64,000 nucleotides of DNA from an uncultured bacterium (GTDB lineage Bacteria; Patescibacteriota; Minisyncoccia; Phycocordibacterales; Phycocordibacteraceae), in assembly GCA_963851445.1 (NCBI GenBank), contig CAWKPH010000001.1, positions 425,363-489,362 of the forward strand. Reading direction: 5' to 3'. This document shows positions 38,964-50,452 of the stretch, one piece after another. The translations under genes and the position numbers were made by a program. A model generated the notes under the pieces. The model searched no databases. It was not told the origin of the DNA and was given only the letters and a program-made list of their open reading frames with translations. The first letter of the stretch is position 1, and the number at the start of each line of letters is the position of its first letter.

Positions 38964-39530
38964 ATGCTTCTCTCTCTTCAAAAAACTATGGACGAACACA
39001 AACCAACTCCTTTGATACCCAACAGCACGCAGATGCCCAACCTTATCCTCGACAAGGTTATTCCTCTCATTCCGGAATCGGAAGCCCGATGCCTGCTTTA
39101 CATATGCCGACGCACTTTCGGATTTCACAAGGAGTCCGATCGCATCAGCTTCTCGCAATTCATGGATGGAATAAAAGACCGCAGAGGGAATGTCCTCGAT
39201 TACGGCGCGGGGCTTGCTCGAGCTTCAGTCTCCAAAGCACTCAGGCATCTCATGCAGGCGGGGGCGATTTTAGTACGAAAGTCAGGCAAGGGAAATTACT
39301 ACCAAATCAACCTGCATATGGATGTGGATAAGGTGGTTCAAATTGTGAACCAGTTCAATATTCGAACCAAAAGCGGTTCAAAATCTGAACCAAAACTGGT
39401 TCAAAGATTGAACACACAAAATCTAGGAAAAAAAGAGAAACCTAGTATTAGGGACCCTGTGGATAACTTTTCAACAGAAATGCGAGAGCTGACTCAGAAG
39501 ATGACCATTAACAGATTTAAACACCACTAA
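38964..39530 (+). CDS. Phage replication initiator (protein O-like, N-terminal wHTH)
   Basis: TQMPN..LD, LLYICRRTFGFHKESDRISFSQF; internal iterons; start may be 38988. Confidence 0.85.
   Translation: MLLSLQKTMDEHKPTPLIPNSTQMPNLILDKVIPLIPESEARCLLYICRRTFGFHKESDRISFSQFMDGIKDRRGNVLDYGAGLARASVSKALRHLMQAGAILVRKSGKGNYYQINLHMDVDKVVQIVNQFNIRTKSGSKSEPKLVQRLNTQNLGKKEKPSIRDPVDNFSTEMRELTQKMTINRFKHH
39323..39477. other. Putative phage origin: four palindromic iterons flanked by DnaA boxes
   Basis: GTTCA-N5-(T/C)GAAC units starting 39335, 39352, 39375, 39398; TGTGGATAA at 39323 and 39458; A-rich tract 39428-39440. Confidence 0.8.
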
Positions 39531-39532
39531 AA

Positions 39533-39943
39533 ATGACCAAGACAATCACATTCACCATTAAGGGAAATCCGGAAGACCTCGAAGGCAATCCGGTCCCTTA
39601 CGTTCGCGTCGTCGGCCGAGCACTCTGGCTCCCCAACGCAAAGAGATACCACGCATGGAAGGAATATGCCCGAAGCGTCCTGTACCGGAATTACCCGGAG
39701 TACTCGGGGAGATCAGAAAATCCGCAGCCATTCACTACGAAGGCCTCCGAAAAGGGAAGAATGGACATCAAGATTTTCTGGGTGAACGGCATCCACGCCG
39801 ATCCCGACAACGTCTTCAAGGGTCTCGCCGATGCATTGTTCAAGAATGACAAGTATCTCGACGGCAGCTTTGAATCTCGCTACGCCCCCGATGGTCGAGG
39901 AAGGGTCGATGTCTCCATCACGCTTTATGAACAAGCACAGTAA
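39533..39943 (+). CDS. rusA: RusA-family Holliday junction resolvase
   Basis: ADPDNVFKGLADAL..ND catalytic motif; FTIKG.P start. Confidence 0.8.
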   Translation: MTKTITFTIKGNPEDLEGNPVPYVRVVGRALWLPNAKRYHAWKEYARSVLYRNYPEYSGRSENPQPFTTKASEKGRMDIKIFWVNGIHADPDNVFKGLADALFKNDKYLDGSFESRYAPDGRGRVDVSITLYEQAQ

Positions 39944-40345
39944 TCCCCGCTACAAGCTGACTGAAACGGAGATCGCTGATGCGAAGGCTCGATTCGAGGA
40001 CTTAGGCTGGAAGATCATCTGGCTTTCTCTCTTCTTCAACGTTGATCACAAGTCGGTCCGCTTCCATATACACATAAACGGCTGGATGAGAAAGGTAAAG
40101 GTGGCCAAGAAGATGCCGGAAGAAATCGCCGCGATATACCGCCAGCTCCGCAGAGAAAAGTACCTCGAGAAGATGAAAGGGTCCTACGAATTCATCAATG
40201 AACTGCGAGGCAAAGAAGGCTCGAGTCCTGCGAGCATCCGCGATGGATCAAGCGGTGCAGCCTCTGCGGCGAAATACTCGCCTCGGATGCGATCGATCAC
40301 CATCCCATCGGCACCTGCCCGCAAAAGTCAGAAGTAGCAGCATAA
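39927..40345 (+). CDS. Phage protein with HTH-like N-terminus and Cys/His C-terminus (frameshifted near 40200-40225)
   Basis: KLTETEI..FNVDHKSVRFH; alternate frame reads CEHPRWIKRCSLCG..EVAA*. Confidence 0.5.
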
Positions 40346-40358
40346 ATAATTAAAAACC

Positions 40359-40777
40359 ATGTCACAAGAAAAAATACAGGTCCCAAAATTGAAATCAAGC
40401 AAGAGAAGAACCCGCTCAACCTGTCGGCACGCTTCCTTGCAGCCCGACCTGATCTGGTAGGTGCGTGGATTATCGGCGCACACGGCCTGCTTCCCATCTT
40501 CAAGTCGGAGCATAAGCCGGCGATCATTGCCTACCTTGAAACGATCGAGGTGGAATTCTTTGCAGCTTTGAAGCATCACTGGGAAAAGAGAAATCCGGAC
40601 GAGAAGCTCACCTACACCTTCGGCACCATCTGTCGAAACGGCAGGGGCGATGAGAGGCTGGTGATCGGCATCCAGCCGCAGAAGAAAGGCAAGCCAACAT
40701 ACGAGTACATGTCGGATGATGGCAAGGTCGGTGCCTGCAACGAGTCGAGCATGAGCACTTGGATGGAGAAAAAATAA
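40359..40777 (+). CDS. Phage hypothetical protein (frameshift near 40372)
   Basis: ATG after an AT-rich leader; the frame of ORF 40550-40777 is open upstream. Confidence 0.5.
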
Positions 40778-40778
40778 T

Positions 40779-42091
40779 ATGCAAATCACCGACGTAAAAA
40801 AATACGACAAGAACGCCAAGGAGCATCCGGGCTTTCAACTCGAGAAGATCGCCTCGAGCATCAAGGCCTTCGGATGCAAGCAGCCCATCGTGCTGGACAA
40901 GGACAGCGTGATCGTCGTCGGCCACGGCCGATTCATCGCAATGACTGAGCTGCTCGGGTACACGCTCATGGAGCAAAAGGCTTATACCAAAAAGGGCGAG
41001 CCGGTCATCCCGTATGTCATGGTCGACGACCTAACCGAAGATGAGATCAAGGCCTACCGGATAGCGGACAACCAGCTGAACGCGATCACCGGCCAAGACA
41101 TGACGCTCATCATCGACGAGCTCAAATATCTCGACACGGCAGGCTTCGACATCACGCTCACCGGCTTCGACCGCGACATCATTATCGAGGATGACGATAA
41201 AGACGACACGCTGCCAGAGACGCCGGTCCAGCCGAAAAGCGCACTCGGCGACGTGTACCAGCTCGGTCCGCACACCATCACCTGCGGAGACTCAACCGAC
41301 GAGGATGCGTGGAAAAAAGCAATGCAGGGACGCAAGGCCGACTGCGTATTCACCGATCCTCCATACAACGTGAACTACTCGGGCCGCGGAAAGAAAACCA
41401 GCGAAGGAATCATGAATGACGACATGGACGCTGCGTCCTTCGATACGTTCCTCGAGGGAGCATTCGGACAGATTGCCGACGTGGCAAAAGCGGGAGCAGG
41501 CTGGTATGTGTTCCACTCGACCTCAACGCAAGCACAATTCGAAAAGGCGCTCAAAAAATACGGCATGGCGATCCGTAACCAACTCATCTGGAACAAGCCA
41601 ACGGCCTCGATGGGATGGGGCGACTACCGCTGGAAGCACGAGCCGTTCTTCTACGCATCAAAAGAGGGAACAGAAACTGTCTTTTATGGCGATCGGACAC
41701 ACTCGACGATCATCGATTTTCAAGACAGCGAGCAGAAGCTACTCAATTGGGCAAAGCGACAAAAGAAACTCGAAGCCGAAGGAAAGCTCACGATATGGAC
41801 GATGAAGCGCGACGCGTAAACGAGTATCAGCATCCGACGCAGAAGCCAGTCGAGCTCATCACCTACGCGCTCTTCAACAGCTCAAAGGCCGAGGACTTAA
41901 TCGTCGATCCGTTCCTCGGCAGCGGCAGCACGCTCATCGCCTGCCAAAAGACCGGCCGTGTATGCGCCGGCATAGAGCTCGATCCGAAGTTTGTCGACGT
42001 GATCGTCCAGCGCTGGGTCGACTACACGCAGATCGAGCAGGTAATCCGGAATGGCCAATCCGAAACTTGGCCAGATAACACAGACCACTGA
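40779..42091 (+). CDS. ParB-like domain plus N4/N6 DNA methyltransferase (frameshift near 41813)
   Basis: SIKAFG..QPIVLD..IVVGHGR, AYRIADN, FTDPPYN; second frame HPTQKPVEL, DPFLGSGSTL, IELDPKF. Confidence 0.9.
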
Positions 42092-42268
42092 ATAATAAAG
42101 ACCAACTCCTCCTGAAATCGCCGGGAACAGGACCAAGAACAGGCACGGCAGGCTAACGCCGGTCCTGATAATACAGGAAAAATACAGGAGAGAGACGATG
42201 CCGGCAGGTTCAAATCAGGACATTCCGGCAATCCTTCCGGCCGCCCTCAAGGAGCAAAAAACATTCGA

Positions 42269-42679
42269 ATGCGCCTCAAAGACGGCCTCGCCGTACTCGG
42301 TGCGAAAGACGCTCAAGGCAATCCATTACCGCTTGAGGAGGCACTCTCACAGAAGATGATAAAAATGGCGCTCGACGGCGATCACAAAATGATTCAGCTC
42401 ATTCTGTATTACCTCGAGGGCAAGCCGCCGCAGTCGATCGACATCACAAGCAAAGGCGAACGCCTCGAGGGAACAGTTTATCTTGGCGAGGACGCCGACT
42501 TGAGGATCGACCGGATATTCGGCTTCCGAAAACTCCTCGCCGACAAGGTGGGGCAGATAGACAAGGACCATGCAAATAATCAACGACCAGCAACTGAAAG
42601 CAACGGCTCCGATAACCGAGGAAGGACTGAACTTCCTGAGAACGGAGCCGGTGGAGGAACGCAAGAAGGCGCTGCGTAA
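42269..42679 (+). CDS. Terminase small subunit-like protein (DUF5681-type motif; frame open upstream to ~42116)
   Basis: In-frame upstream GRFKSGHSGNPSGRPQG; ALDGD....LI..YLEGKP.Q.IDIT; lies before the large terminase. Confidence 0.7.
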   Translation: MRLKDGLAVLGAKDAQGNPLPLEEALSQKMIKMALDGDHKMIQLILYYLEGKPPQSIDITSKGERLEGTVYLGEDADLRIDRIFGFRKLLADKVGQIDKDHANNQRPATESNGSDNRGRTELPENGAGGGTQEGAA

Positions 42680-44280
42680 GCACTTCGGCTACTTCGTTCT
42701 TTACTACCTCCAGCATTACATCTGGAGCGACTTCGCGCCGTTCCACTACGAGATGATGAGCAGACGTGCATGACCTCCTCGATTTCAAGATACGCGAGCT
42801 CGCATGGTTCATGTTCGGCGAAAGCGCAAAGACGAGCTTCGCAAAAGCACTCATCCTCTACATGATCGTCTACGACATGGAGCCTTACATCAATGCTCGA
42901 CACTTTCGATAGCACGAACTCGGAAAGCGCTACTCTTCGACGTGGTGCTGGGAATTGCAGACGAACAGCCGCATCATTGAGGACTTCGGACGAGATATAC
43001 AACACGACAAGGTACCAAAGATCGAGGTAACGCAGAAGCGAATCAAAGACTTCATCACGAACCCTGAGAGTGACGATGAGCAGGGCGAATATCTCAAAGC
43101 CGGAATCCGTGTAGAAGCACACAGCACGCAAGAGAGTGTACGAGGTCGCGTGCACGGAGCGATGCGTCCAGGTTTCGTGCTGCTCGATGACTTCGAAACA
43201 AAGAAGACTCTCAAAAGCGAAGCATCAACAAATCAAATACCATACGCACATACAAGAATTCAAACGAGGTCTCGATTCGAGCAGGCGAAGGGTCATGTAT
43301 CTCGGTAATATCCTAAGCGAATACGGAAACGTGCAAAGCGTCATCGAGCGATCGAAACACGACCCCGAGCTGCGGGTACGAGTAGTGCCGATCTGCCAAG
43401 GGGATCTTGTGACCGGATTGCACACACCCACATGGCCGGAGCGGTGGGTGATTACCGATGTAGAAACTGAAACGACAGGTAAAGTCAGCATCGAGTTCGA
43501 AGCGTCGTGCCATGTGGACCCAAGAAGAAGGTGACATGGACTTCCAGGCGGAAATGCTCTGCCAGCCAATCGACGAAGCAAAGGCGATATTCAAGCGAGA
43601 ATGGTTCACTCCGATCACTTGGGATGCGCTGATGCAAAAGAAAGTCGCAGCATATGTCACGATCGACACTCCAAGCAGCAGAGACGGCGTAGAGAGCAAA
43701 GACGGAGACTTCGTCGGTTTCTGCATCAACTGGATGGACAGAGAAGGCAAGTGGCATCTGAAAGCGTGGAGAGAAAAGCTCGGTCCGACAGCGACTCATT
43801 GAAAAGATGTTCGGCATTCCAAACTTTTCTCGTCCAAGCAGGCACTCCAATCCAAAGAATCGGCATGGGAAGACACTGCATTCACTCGCGGGCTTGAGCC
43901 GATGCTCCGACAGGAGCAGAGAATGCGTCAAACATTCCTGCATCTGATGTGGCTCAAACACGGAGGTCGCTCAAAAGAAGATCGTATACGCACCGGACTT
44001 TTATATCGATACGAAACTCGAAGTATTTTCCATCTTCAAGGCGAATGCAGGGACCTTGAAAACGAATTGATGCGCTTTCCTGAATCTCCGCATGACGATA
44101 CAAGCGATGCGACTGCCTACCAAAGCGACATTGCACGACCAGCAGGAACTGAAAAGCCGCGCGATATCCGACCGGAACCTCTCGCTACGATCGACACCGC
44201 CTACGGCAGAGTGACGTCCAGCATACGAGCCTGATGAGATTTATGATTTACCGCCGCAATATCCCGATATTGGCATCTAA
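42570..44280 (+). CDS. Terminase large subunit (multiple frameshifts)
   Basis: Fragments APFH, ESAKT, VRG..HG.MRP.FVLLDDFE, FQAE..CQP, VTID, KEDRI, FPESPHDDTSDA. Confidence 0.88.
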
Positions 44281-44284
44281 AATC

Positions 44285-44320
44285 AATACCTACCGAAATG
44301 ATTTTTTTTGATTCTATCCT
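44285..44320 (+). promoter_or_regulatory. Phage promoter motif copy 1 (before portal)
   Basis: AATACCTACCGA-N18 (T-rich)-TATCCT-N6-ATG. Confidence 0.75.
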
Positions 44321-44326
44321 TACAAT

Positions 44327-46349
44327 ATGTCACTAGTTAAACCAAAGGTCAGAGACGATCTGGCAAAGCAATCTCTCAAAGAGATCGACTATTCCTACCG
44401 ATACAAGAAGGCTCGCATGAGCTCGTGGAATAAGAACGAGGACATGATGAATCCCGATCGAGCAGTCGCGCACGTAATCTCACCATTCGGCGCAGGCTTG
44501 CAAGCTGACACTCGCACACAAGTCCCACTCTACAAGATGCACGGGTTCGTCCAAACGATTCTCTCGAAGATTGACAACCCTCTCACGTTCAAATACGTAA
44601 AAGGCGAAGCAGCCGACACCAAGAAGGCAAACCTGATGAATGCGATCAAGGAAAAAGATGCGCAGACAGGCAGATGGAATTTCAAAGACCTCATGGGCAA
44701 GAAGAGATGCCGCGGTCTACGGCCGAACGATTTATCTCTACATGAGCCGAAGCGTCAAAGGTGTTTATAAAAGCCTCTTGAGTCTGATCGATCCGAAGGA
44801 CTTTCTCATCGATCCCGACGTCGGTGGACTATGCACTGAAGAAGATGATGGAAGCGGGGTCGAGAAGGCCAGCTACATGGGATGGTGGAATACGAAACTC
44901 ACTCGCGCCCAGCTTTTGCAGGGAGTGAAAGACGGCATTTATTACAAGTCAGTCGTCCAAACTATTCTCGATTCGGGCAGCAATTCAACTACGAAGACTC
45001 CGCAGGATATCGATAAAGACAATCGCAAAATCAATGGCGCACCTCGGGAACGATTCAAGAGTGGCAATCAGTTTATTTTCTATACATGGATCACGACCGA
45101 CGAGGATGATGATCGCTACTATCTGGTCCTTACGCCTTCCGGCGAATGCGTGCGCTGCGAACCTTGGACTGACATTCGAAAGAGCGGAAAGTATCCGATT
45201 TGGACATGGGCAGCATTCCCTGATCCTCGCGAATTCTGGACGCCATCATACTGTGACTTTGCTCGAGGCATCTTCATGGCACAGGAAAAGAGCATTAACC
45301 AGTCACTCGATAACTCCGAGCAGATCAATCGACCTCAGACTGCAGTCAACGTCGACTATGTCCGCAATCTTGCGCAGGTTCGCTACCGAAAGGACGGCTA
45401 CATCGAGATCGAAGGAAACATCGACGTCAACAAAGTGCTTCAGACGCGACAGACTCCGCCGATTCAAGGTCCCTTCATGGTTTACGACAAACTCGAGTCA
45501 ATCGTCGAAGTGGAAAGCGGTGTCACGGCCGACGTGAAGGGTGTGAGCGATGAAGACACTCTCGGCATTTACGAAGGCAACCTTGCACAAGCAGGCGATC
45601 GCTTCGGACTTTTGAATAAAAGCTACGCCGAAGGATACTACCGCTTTGCCGTTCTGCACAAAGAGGGCGTCATGCAGGACTTGAAAAGAAAGATGGCAGT
45701 CAAGATTGCCGGTCCAATGGGTCTTCAGATTGAAGAAGTCACTTCCAAAGACCTCAAGCCTTACAGCACCGACTATGACATTCTCGTCGAGTCCTCAATT
45801 GCCGAAGCACAAAGCAATCTCGCCGACAGCAAGAACAAACTCACATTCCTCGGAGCATACAAAGACGACCAGAACGTAAATCAAAAGGTTCTCTTTGAAA
45901 CGCAGGCATCAATCGCAGGAATTGATGACGACACAATCAAACGACTTCTCGACATGAGCGATTATGATGCAGTCGAAACACTCGCTGAAGCCGATGAAGC
46001 ATTCCAAATCATTATCGGTGGCGATGATGCGCCTCTCTACAAAGACGCGACGACTGGATTCGTCCAGCATCTCGTTGACCTCTCCGAAAAGTACGATTAC
46101 GAACTCACTCCCGAGCAACATGCTGCAGTGTTTGCCTACATCGAGAAGATGATGCCGATCGCTCAGCAGAATGCCGCTCGGTCCGTGAGTATGCAGATGG
46201 CCAAAGCAGGCTTGATCAGTGGGAATGGTGGCGGTGCTCCGGTCGAGAGCGGTCCGACACTTGAAAATCCTGACCTTCAATCCAATGGCTCTGCGCCGAT
46301 CGGTGACCCCAACATGGCAGTAGCGGAAAACGCCGCCTTGTCGGGGTGA
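44327..46349 (+). CDS. Portal protein, P22-like (frameshift near 44700)
   Basis: Follows terminase; D.AVYG, IDPKDFLIDP, YP...W..FPDP.EFW, Q..IN..LDN, ESGVT. Confidence 0.82.
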
Positions 46350-46379
46350 GCGGAATTATAAAAATTAATTATTAAAATT

Positions 46380-46669
46380 ATGTCTGAATCAAACAAAGTA
46401 AAGTTTGTAGAAAATAACGGTAAGTGGATGCTGGAAGCGCTATGACGGGCAGGCTCGGTCATTTTCCGAAGCCCTGCATTCAAACCGAGCACGAAGCTCG
46501 TGAGGATTACGAGGCGAATGGCGACAAGCCTCAGGAATCAACTCCGCTCAAGATGAATCTTCAAACACACTAACGCTTCTGCCGAATCCAATCGTCGCAG
46601 GTACTGCGGCACCCGAAGGCGACACAAACGCCGGATCTGCATCAGCCGACCAAGGTTCATACAATCTAA
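46380..46669 (+). CDS. Small phage protein (frameshifted)
   Basis: AT-rich leader, then MSESNKVKFVENNGKW; frame broken. Confidence 0.35.
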
Positions 46670-46673
46670 ACCC

Positions 46674-47049
46674 ATGCTCAAATTCTCCTACCAAGTAAAA
46701 AAGAAGAGCGAAAGACAAAGGCGACTTTCGTATCGTGAAGCACGGACAGGTTGCTGAGTTTTCTCTGCGCGAGCTTGCTCGAAATATTGAGCAAGTGAAG
46801 AAGCAGGCAAAAGAAATGGAAGCGAATGCAAAGCTTCAGGAATCACTCGCTGAGAATATCCGCAGAGCGAATCCTGATCTTGTCGCTTACATGAAAAAGC
46901 TCACGCCTAAAAAGCGCTTCACTCTCACCATGCTTGCGATTCAGGAGAATAAAGCGCGACAATTTAAGAGTCAGGAAAAGGAATCGAAAGGTATCCTCCG
47001 CACACTGGTCGAGGAAAACAAGGAAGTCCGTAAGCAACTCAAAATATGA
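46674..47049 (+). CDS. Phage coiled-coil hypothetical protein (5' frameshift)
   Basis: ORF 46735-47049 plus upstream ATG 46674. Confidence 0.5.
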
Positions 47050-47420
47050 GCGACATAGAAAAAATGCGAAAGGAACTCACGGGTCCGCACAATGCTCTCA
47101 AAGAAACGGAGCAGGAGGAACGTGAGCAGACCGGCGAAAGGGTAGAGGAGCTGAAAAAAGATATTGATATCACTCAAGACCTCGTATCGTGGACGAAGAC
47201 TCCCGCGGGCCAAGACACGATCAATAAACTCCGACATGAGGCGCGAAAGGCGATGAACGAAATGTTCTCCGTGCTCCATGAAAACCCCGAGCTTGCGAAG
47301 CTGATATCCGTCGTCGCTCGTTTTGAGGCGACAGTCCAGATGACCAAACGCTTCACAGGAGCTGAAGACGACCTCGATATTCTTCTCGATGAACTCGCCA
47401 GAAAACGGCCTAGCGCTTAG
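47046..47420 (+). CDS. Phage hypothetical protein
   Basis: Intact ORF with ATGA overlap. Confidence 0.65.
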   Translation: MSDIEKMRKELTGPHNALKETEQEEREQTGERVEELKKDIDITQDLVSWTKTPAGQDTINKLRHEARKAMNEMFSVLHENPELAKLISVVARFEATVQMTKRFTGAEDDLDILLDELARKRPSA

Positions 47421-47436
47421 GCCAATTTGGCGAGAA

Positions 47437-47480
47437 TAAAGAAAAGATAAAGAAAAAGTAAAGAAATTATCAAGAAAAAC
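47437..47480 (+). repeat. Four direct repeats T(A/C)AAGAAA at 11-bp period
   Basis: Starts at 47437, 47448, 47459, 47470. Confidence 0.8.
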
Positions 47481-47505
47481 CGCTGAGAAATCGGTGGTTT
47501 TTCTT
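47472..47505. terminator. Bidirectional intrinsic terminator
   Basis: AAGAAAAACCGCTGA-gaaa-TCGGTGGTTTTTCTT. Confidence 0.85.
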
Positions 47506-47514
47506 TGGAAATTG

Positions 47515-47550
47515 AATACCTACCGATTTTATTTTTTTCGCCAATAGACT
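47515..47550 (+). promoter_or_regulatory. Phage promoter motif copy 2 (before scaffold/capsid)
   Basis: AATACCTACCGA-N18-TAGACT directly after a terminator. Confidence 0.75.
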
Positions 47551-47654
47551 ACATCGGCATAGAGGGGCCAACCTCTTTTATTAAAAGGTAATTGCGCGAC
47601 TGTCCGGCGTTCAATCAGGACACGATGGGGCGAAACCATCGAAATAAAAACGTT

Positions 47655-48501
47655 ATGCCAGAACCAAAATCAAAGGATGCAGCTCCTGCCGACGATAAGT
47701 CGCAAAAGCCTGCGGAGGGATCAAAGCCTGATAACAAGGGCGATGGCAAAGGTGCCGACTCCAAATCGATCGCAGAAATCGCAGGTGCATCAGCCGATTC
47801 AAAGGACGGCAAGCCTAAAGAAGGCGATGAGAAGGACACTCTCATAGTCGACCTCAAGAAAGAGAATCGGGAGATGAAGAAGATGATCCGCGACGAAGTC
47901 ATCCCTACGATCCGCCAGCTCCAAGAGGACGTGAAGCGCGGAAGTACGAGCGCCGGTGAAGCCGGAGACGAGCTGGATGCGCTCGCAAAGGAGTGGAAGC
48001 TCGATCCGAAATTTGTCCAAAAGCTATCGGGCATTCTCCTCAACAAGTCCAAGAAGCAATTCGAAGACGAGTACCTTTCAGACATCAAGGACATCAAGTC
48101 GAAGACCGACGCGCAGTCAAAGCAGATCAACAACGCACAGATCACCGCGGCAATCTCGAAAGAGTTTGACCGAGTTGTCGGTGCTGACTCTGATCTTGCC
48201 AAGGTCGCCAAAAAGGAAGCCGTGAGGAAGTACATCATGTCGAGCGAGGAAAACCTCAACCGATCGATGGAAGACATCCTCGAGGAACTCTATGGCGATA
48301 CCGACAAAGGCTCTGCAGGCATGGAGGGCTACAGCTCTCAGGGCGGAAATCATCCGAAGGAACCGGACTACACAGCTCCGACCGACGATGACAATCGCCG
48401 CATTGCCGAATCTCGAGTGAATCGTGGAGCCGGAATTCGAAAAGTATCAGGACAGCCTGATCGGCCGACTGACTCACAAGTCTCGACACCGAAAGAATTG
48501 A
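47655..48501 (+). CDS. Putative capsid scaffolding protein (frameshift near 48420)
   Basis: Charged, disordered then helical protein directly before the capsid; alternate frame ends ..HKSRHRKN*. Confidence 0.65.
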
Positions 48502-48540
48502 TGAATGAAAGGGCATTTACCACTTTAATTTTAAAAATAA

Positions 48541-49751
48541 ATGTCCCTAGTAACATTCAAAGAGCAATTCGACAACGCCTATCAGGCGGTGTTCGACAAA
48601 GTGCTCGTGGCGATGGAAATCGCCAACACGCGACTCGAACAGCAGCTCACCTACGGAGCTTCTGTTAAGCGCGTGAAGTACGCACTCGCTCCGATCCGAG
48701 TACGCAACATCACGATCGGACAGAACCGAACCATTGACCAGCTCAATGACTCGGGCGAAACCCTTCTGGTCAACAAGAACAAGGGTTCAGACTTCCGTAT
48801 TTCCCGAAAGGAAATGGTTCAGGCAGGCCCACTGAATCCAGCCGAATCAATCGGCTCCGAAGTCGCAAAGAAGCTCTCTCGCTACATCGATGCTGACGTC
48901 TTCGCGGAAGTGAAGAACGCGCTTCAGACATTCGATACCGGCGACCTCACCACGATGGCTTCAAGCGGAACGCCGATCACGCTCTCGACAACGAACGTGC
49001 CTCAGCTTCTCGCACAGGGTCGCGCAAAGCTGCGCCGTGGCAACCAAGACCTCACAAGTCTTGCGATCGTTCTCGACAGCTATGGTGGCTCGGTGATCGA
49101 GCAGTACGTCATGTCGAAGAACATCGACCTTGCAGGTGCCGCATTCCAGAACGGCTATGCCGGTCCGGTCGGCGGTGCGGAGCTTTACCTCTCCGAGAAC
49201 CTGCTCGCGGAAGCAGTCATCACGATGGCGTCGAATCCTACGAACGGCCAGACCTTCTCGGTCAACGGATTCGTGTACACCTTCGTGTCGTCTCTTGGCT
49301 CAACGCCAGGTAACGTCCTCATCGACACCGGCACCGGAGTTGATGTAACCCGCGACAACCTGATTGATGCACTCCTTCAGGATGCGGCAACAGCAGGCGT
49401 GAAGTATGTCGCATGGACTGACGTCGATCCGAACTACGACCAGTCGAACTGGGTCGACCTTCAGATCGCGCAGTCGACAACGACACGACTGACCAGATCA
49501 CGCTCACTGGAACTGGCTCAGGTCGTCTCGCATTCGGCGGAACGGCAACCTACACCATCACCTCGAACCTCGTTCACGCCTACTACGGTAAGAAGGGTGC
49601 GATCGACGTGGTCATCCAAGACCTCGCCGAGATGGAAATGGTCGACGATCCGTACCAGCGTGCGAAGATCGTCCGCGCCGATGCGATCTACGGCATCAAG
49701 ACGTTCGCCGACGGAAGACCTCAATTCCTCGACGTACATCTTCAGTCTTAA
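48541..49751 (+). CDS. Major capsid protein, P22 coat-like, with insertion domain (frameshift near 49470)
   Basis: G.SVK, A.KL..YID.D; alternate frame ends GAIDVVIQ..DAIYGIKTFADGRPQFLDVHLQS*. Confidence 0.82.
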
Positions 49752-49829
49752 AGCCTCACTGACCCGAGATTCGCTCGGGCTCAGTGCCAGACGCAGGGCT
49801 AATCCTGCTTCTGGCAGCTGAGAAAATAT

Positions 49830-50451
49830 ATGGCAACACCACTAACCGGAGAACAAATTATTGAGCGCTTCGAACTCTACACCGACGACACTACGGAGTT
49901 GTCGACCGATGAAGAACTCGAGGTTGCCAATGACAAGCTGCGACTCATCTACATGGAGCAGCCGTGGGAATTTCTTCGCCGAAATAAATCAGGAACTGTT
50001 GAGAGTGACGGAAAGATATCTACCCCAACTGACTTCGACGAATTCATGGAAAATTATGCCGACGATTCCGATATCCCGAACATGAAAGTGGTCTATATCG
50101 GCAACGGAGCTCCTTACATTGTCATTCCGATGGGGCAGAGCAATGCCGACAGTACAGCAATGTCCTGCTGGCTCGATCCCTGCGGACAACAAGATAAACT
50201 TTTCGCAGAGTCCTGGTACAGGCACTCCGTATCAATTCGATTACAAGACAAGTCCCGACGACATCACTGCTGACACGTCGCCAGCGCTTCCTGCCGAATA
50301 TCATCCGATGGTCGTCTTCCTGATGCTTATCGATGAAGAAATTATCAAGAAGTCGGAAAAAGCGCGCAGCAACATGCAGGACAATGCGGTGCAGTACCAG
50401 ACCTATCTTAAAAACCTGAAGCTCCGAGATGCACGCTTCAAACTTTCATAA
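49830..50451 (+). CDS. Head-tail adaptor protein (frameshift near 50180)
   Basis: Post-capsid position; PWEFL, P.DF, SPALPAEYH. Confidence 0.65.
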
Positions 50452-50452
50452 T

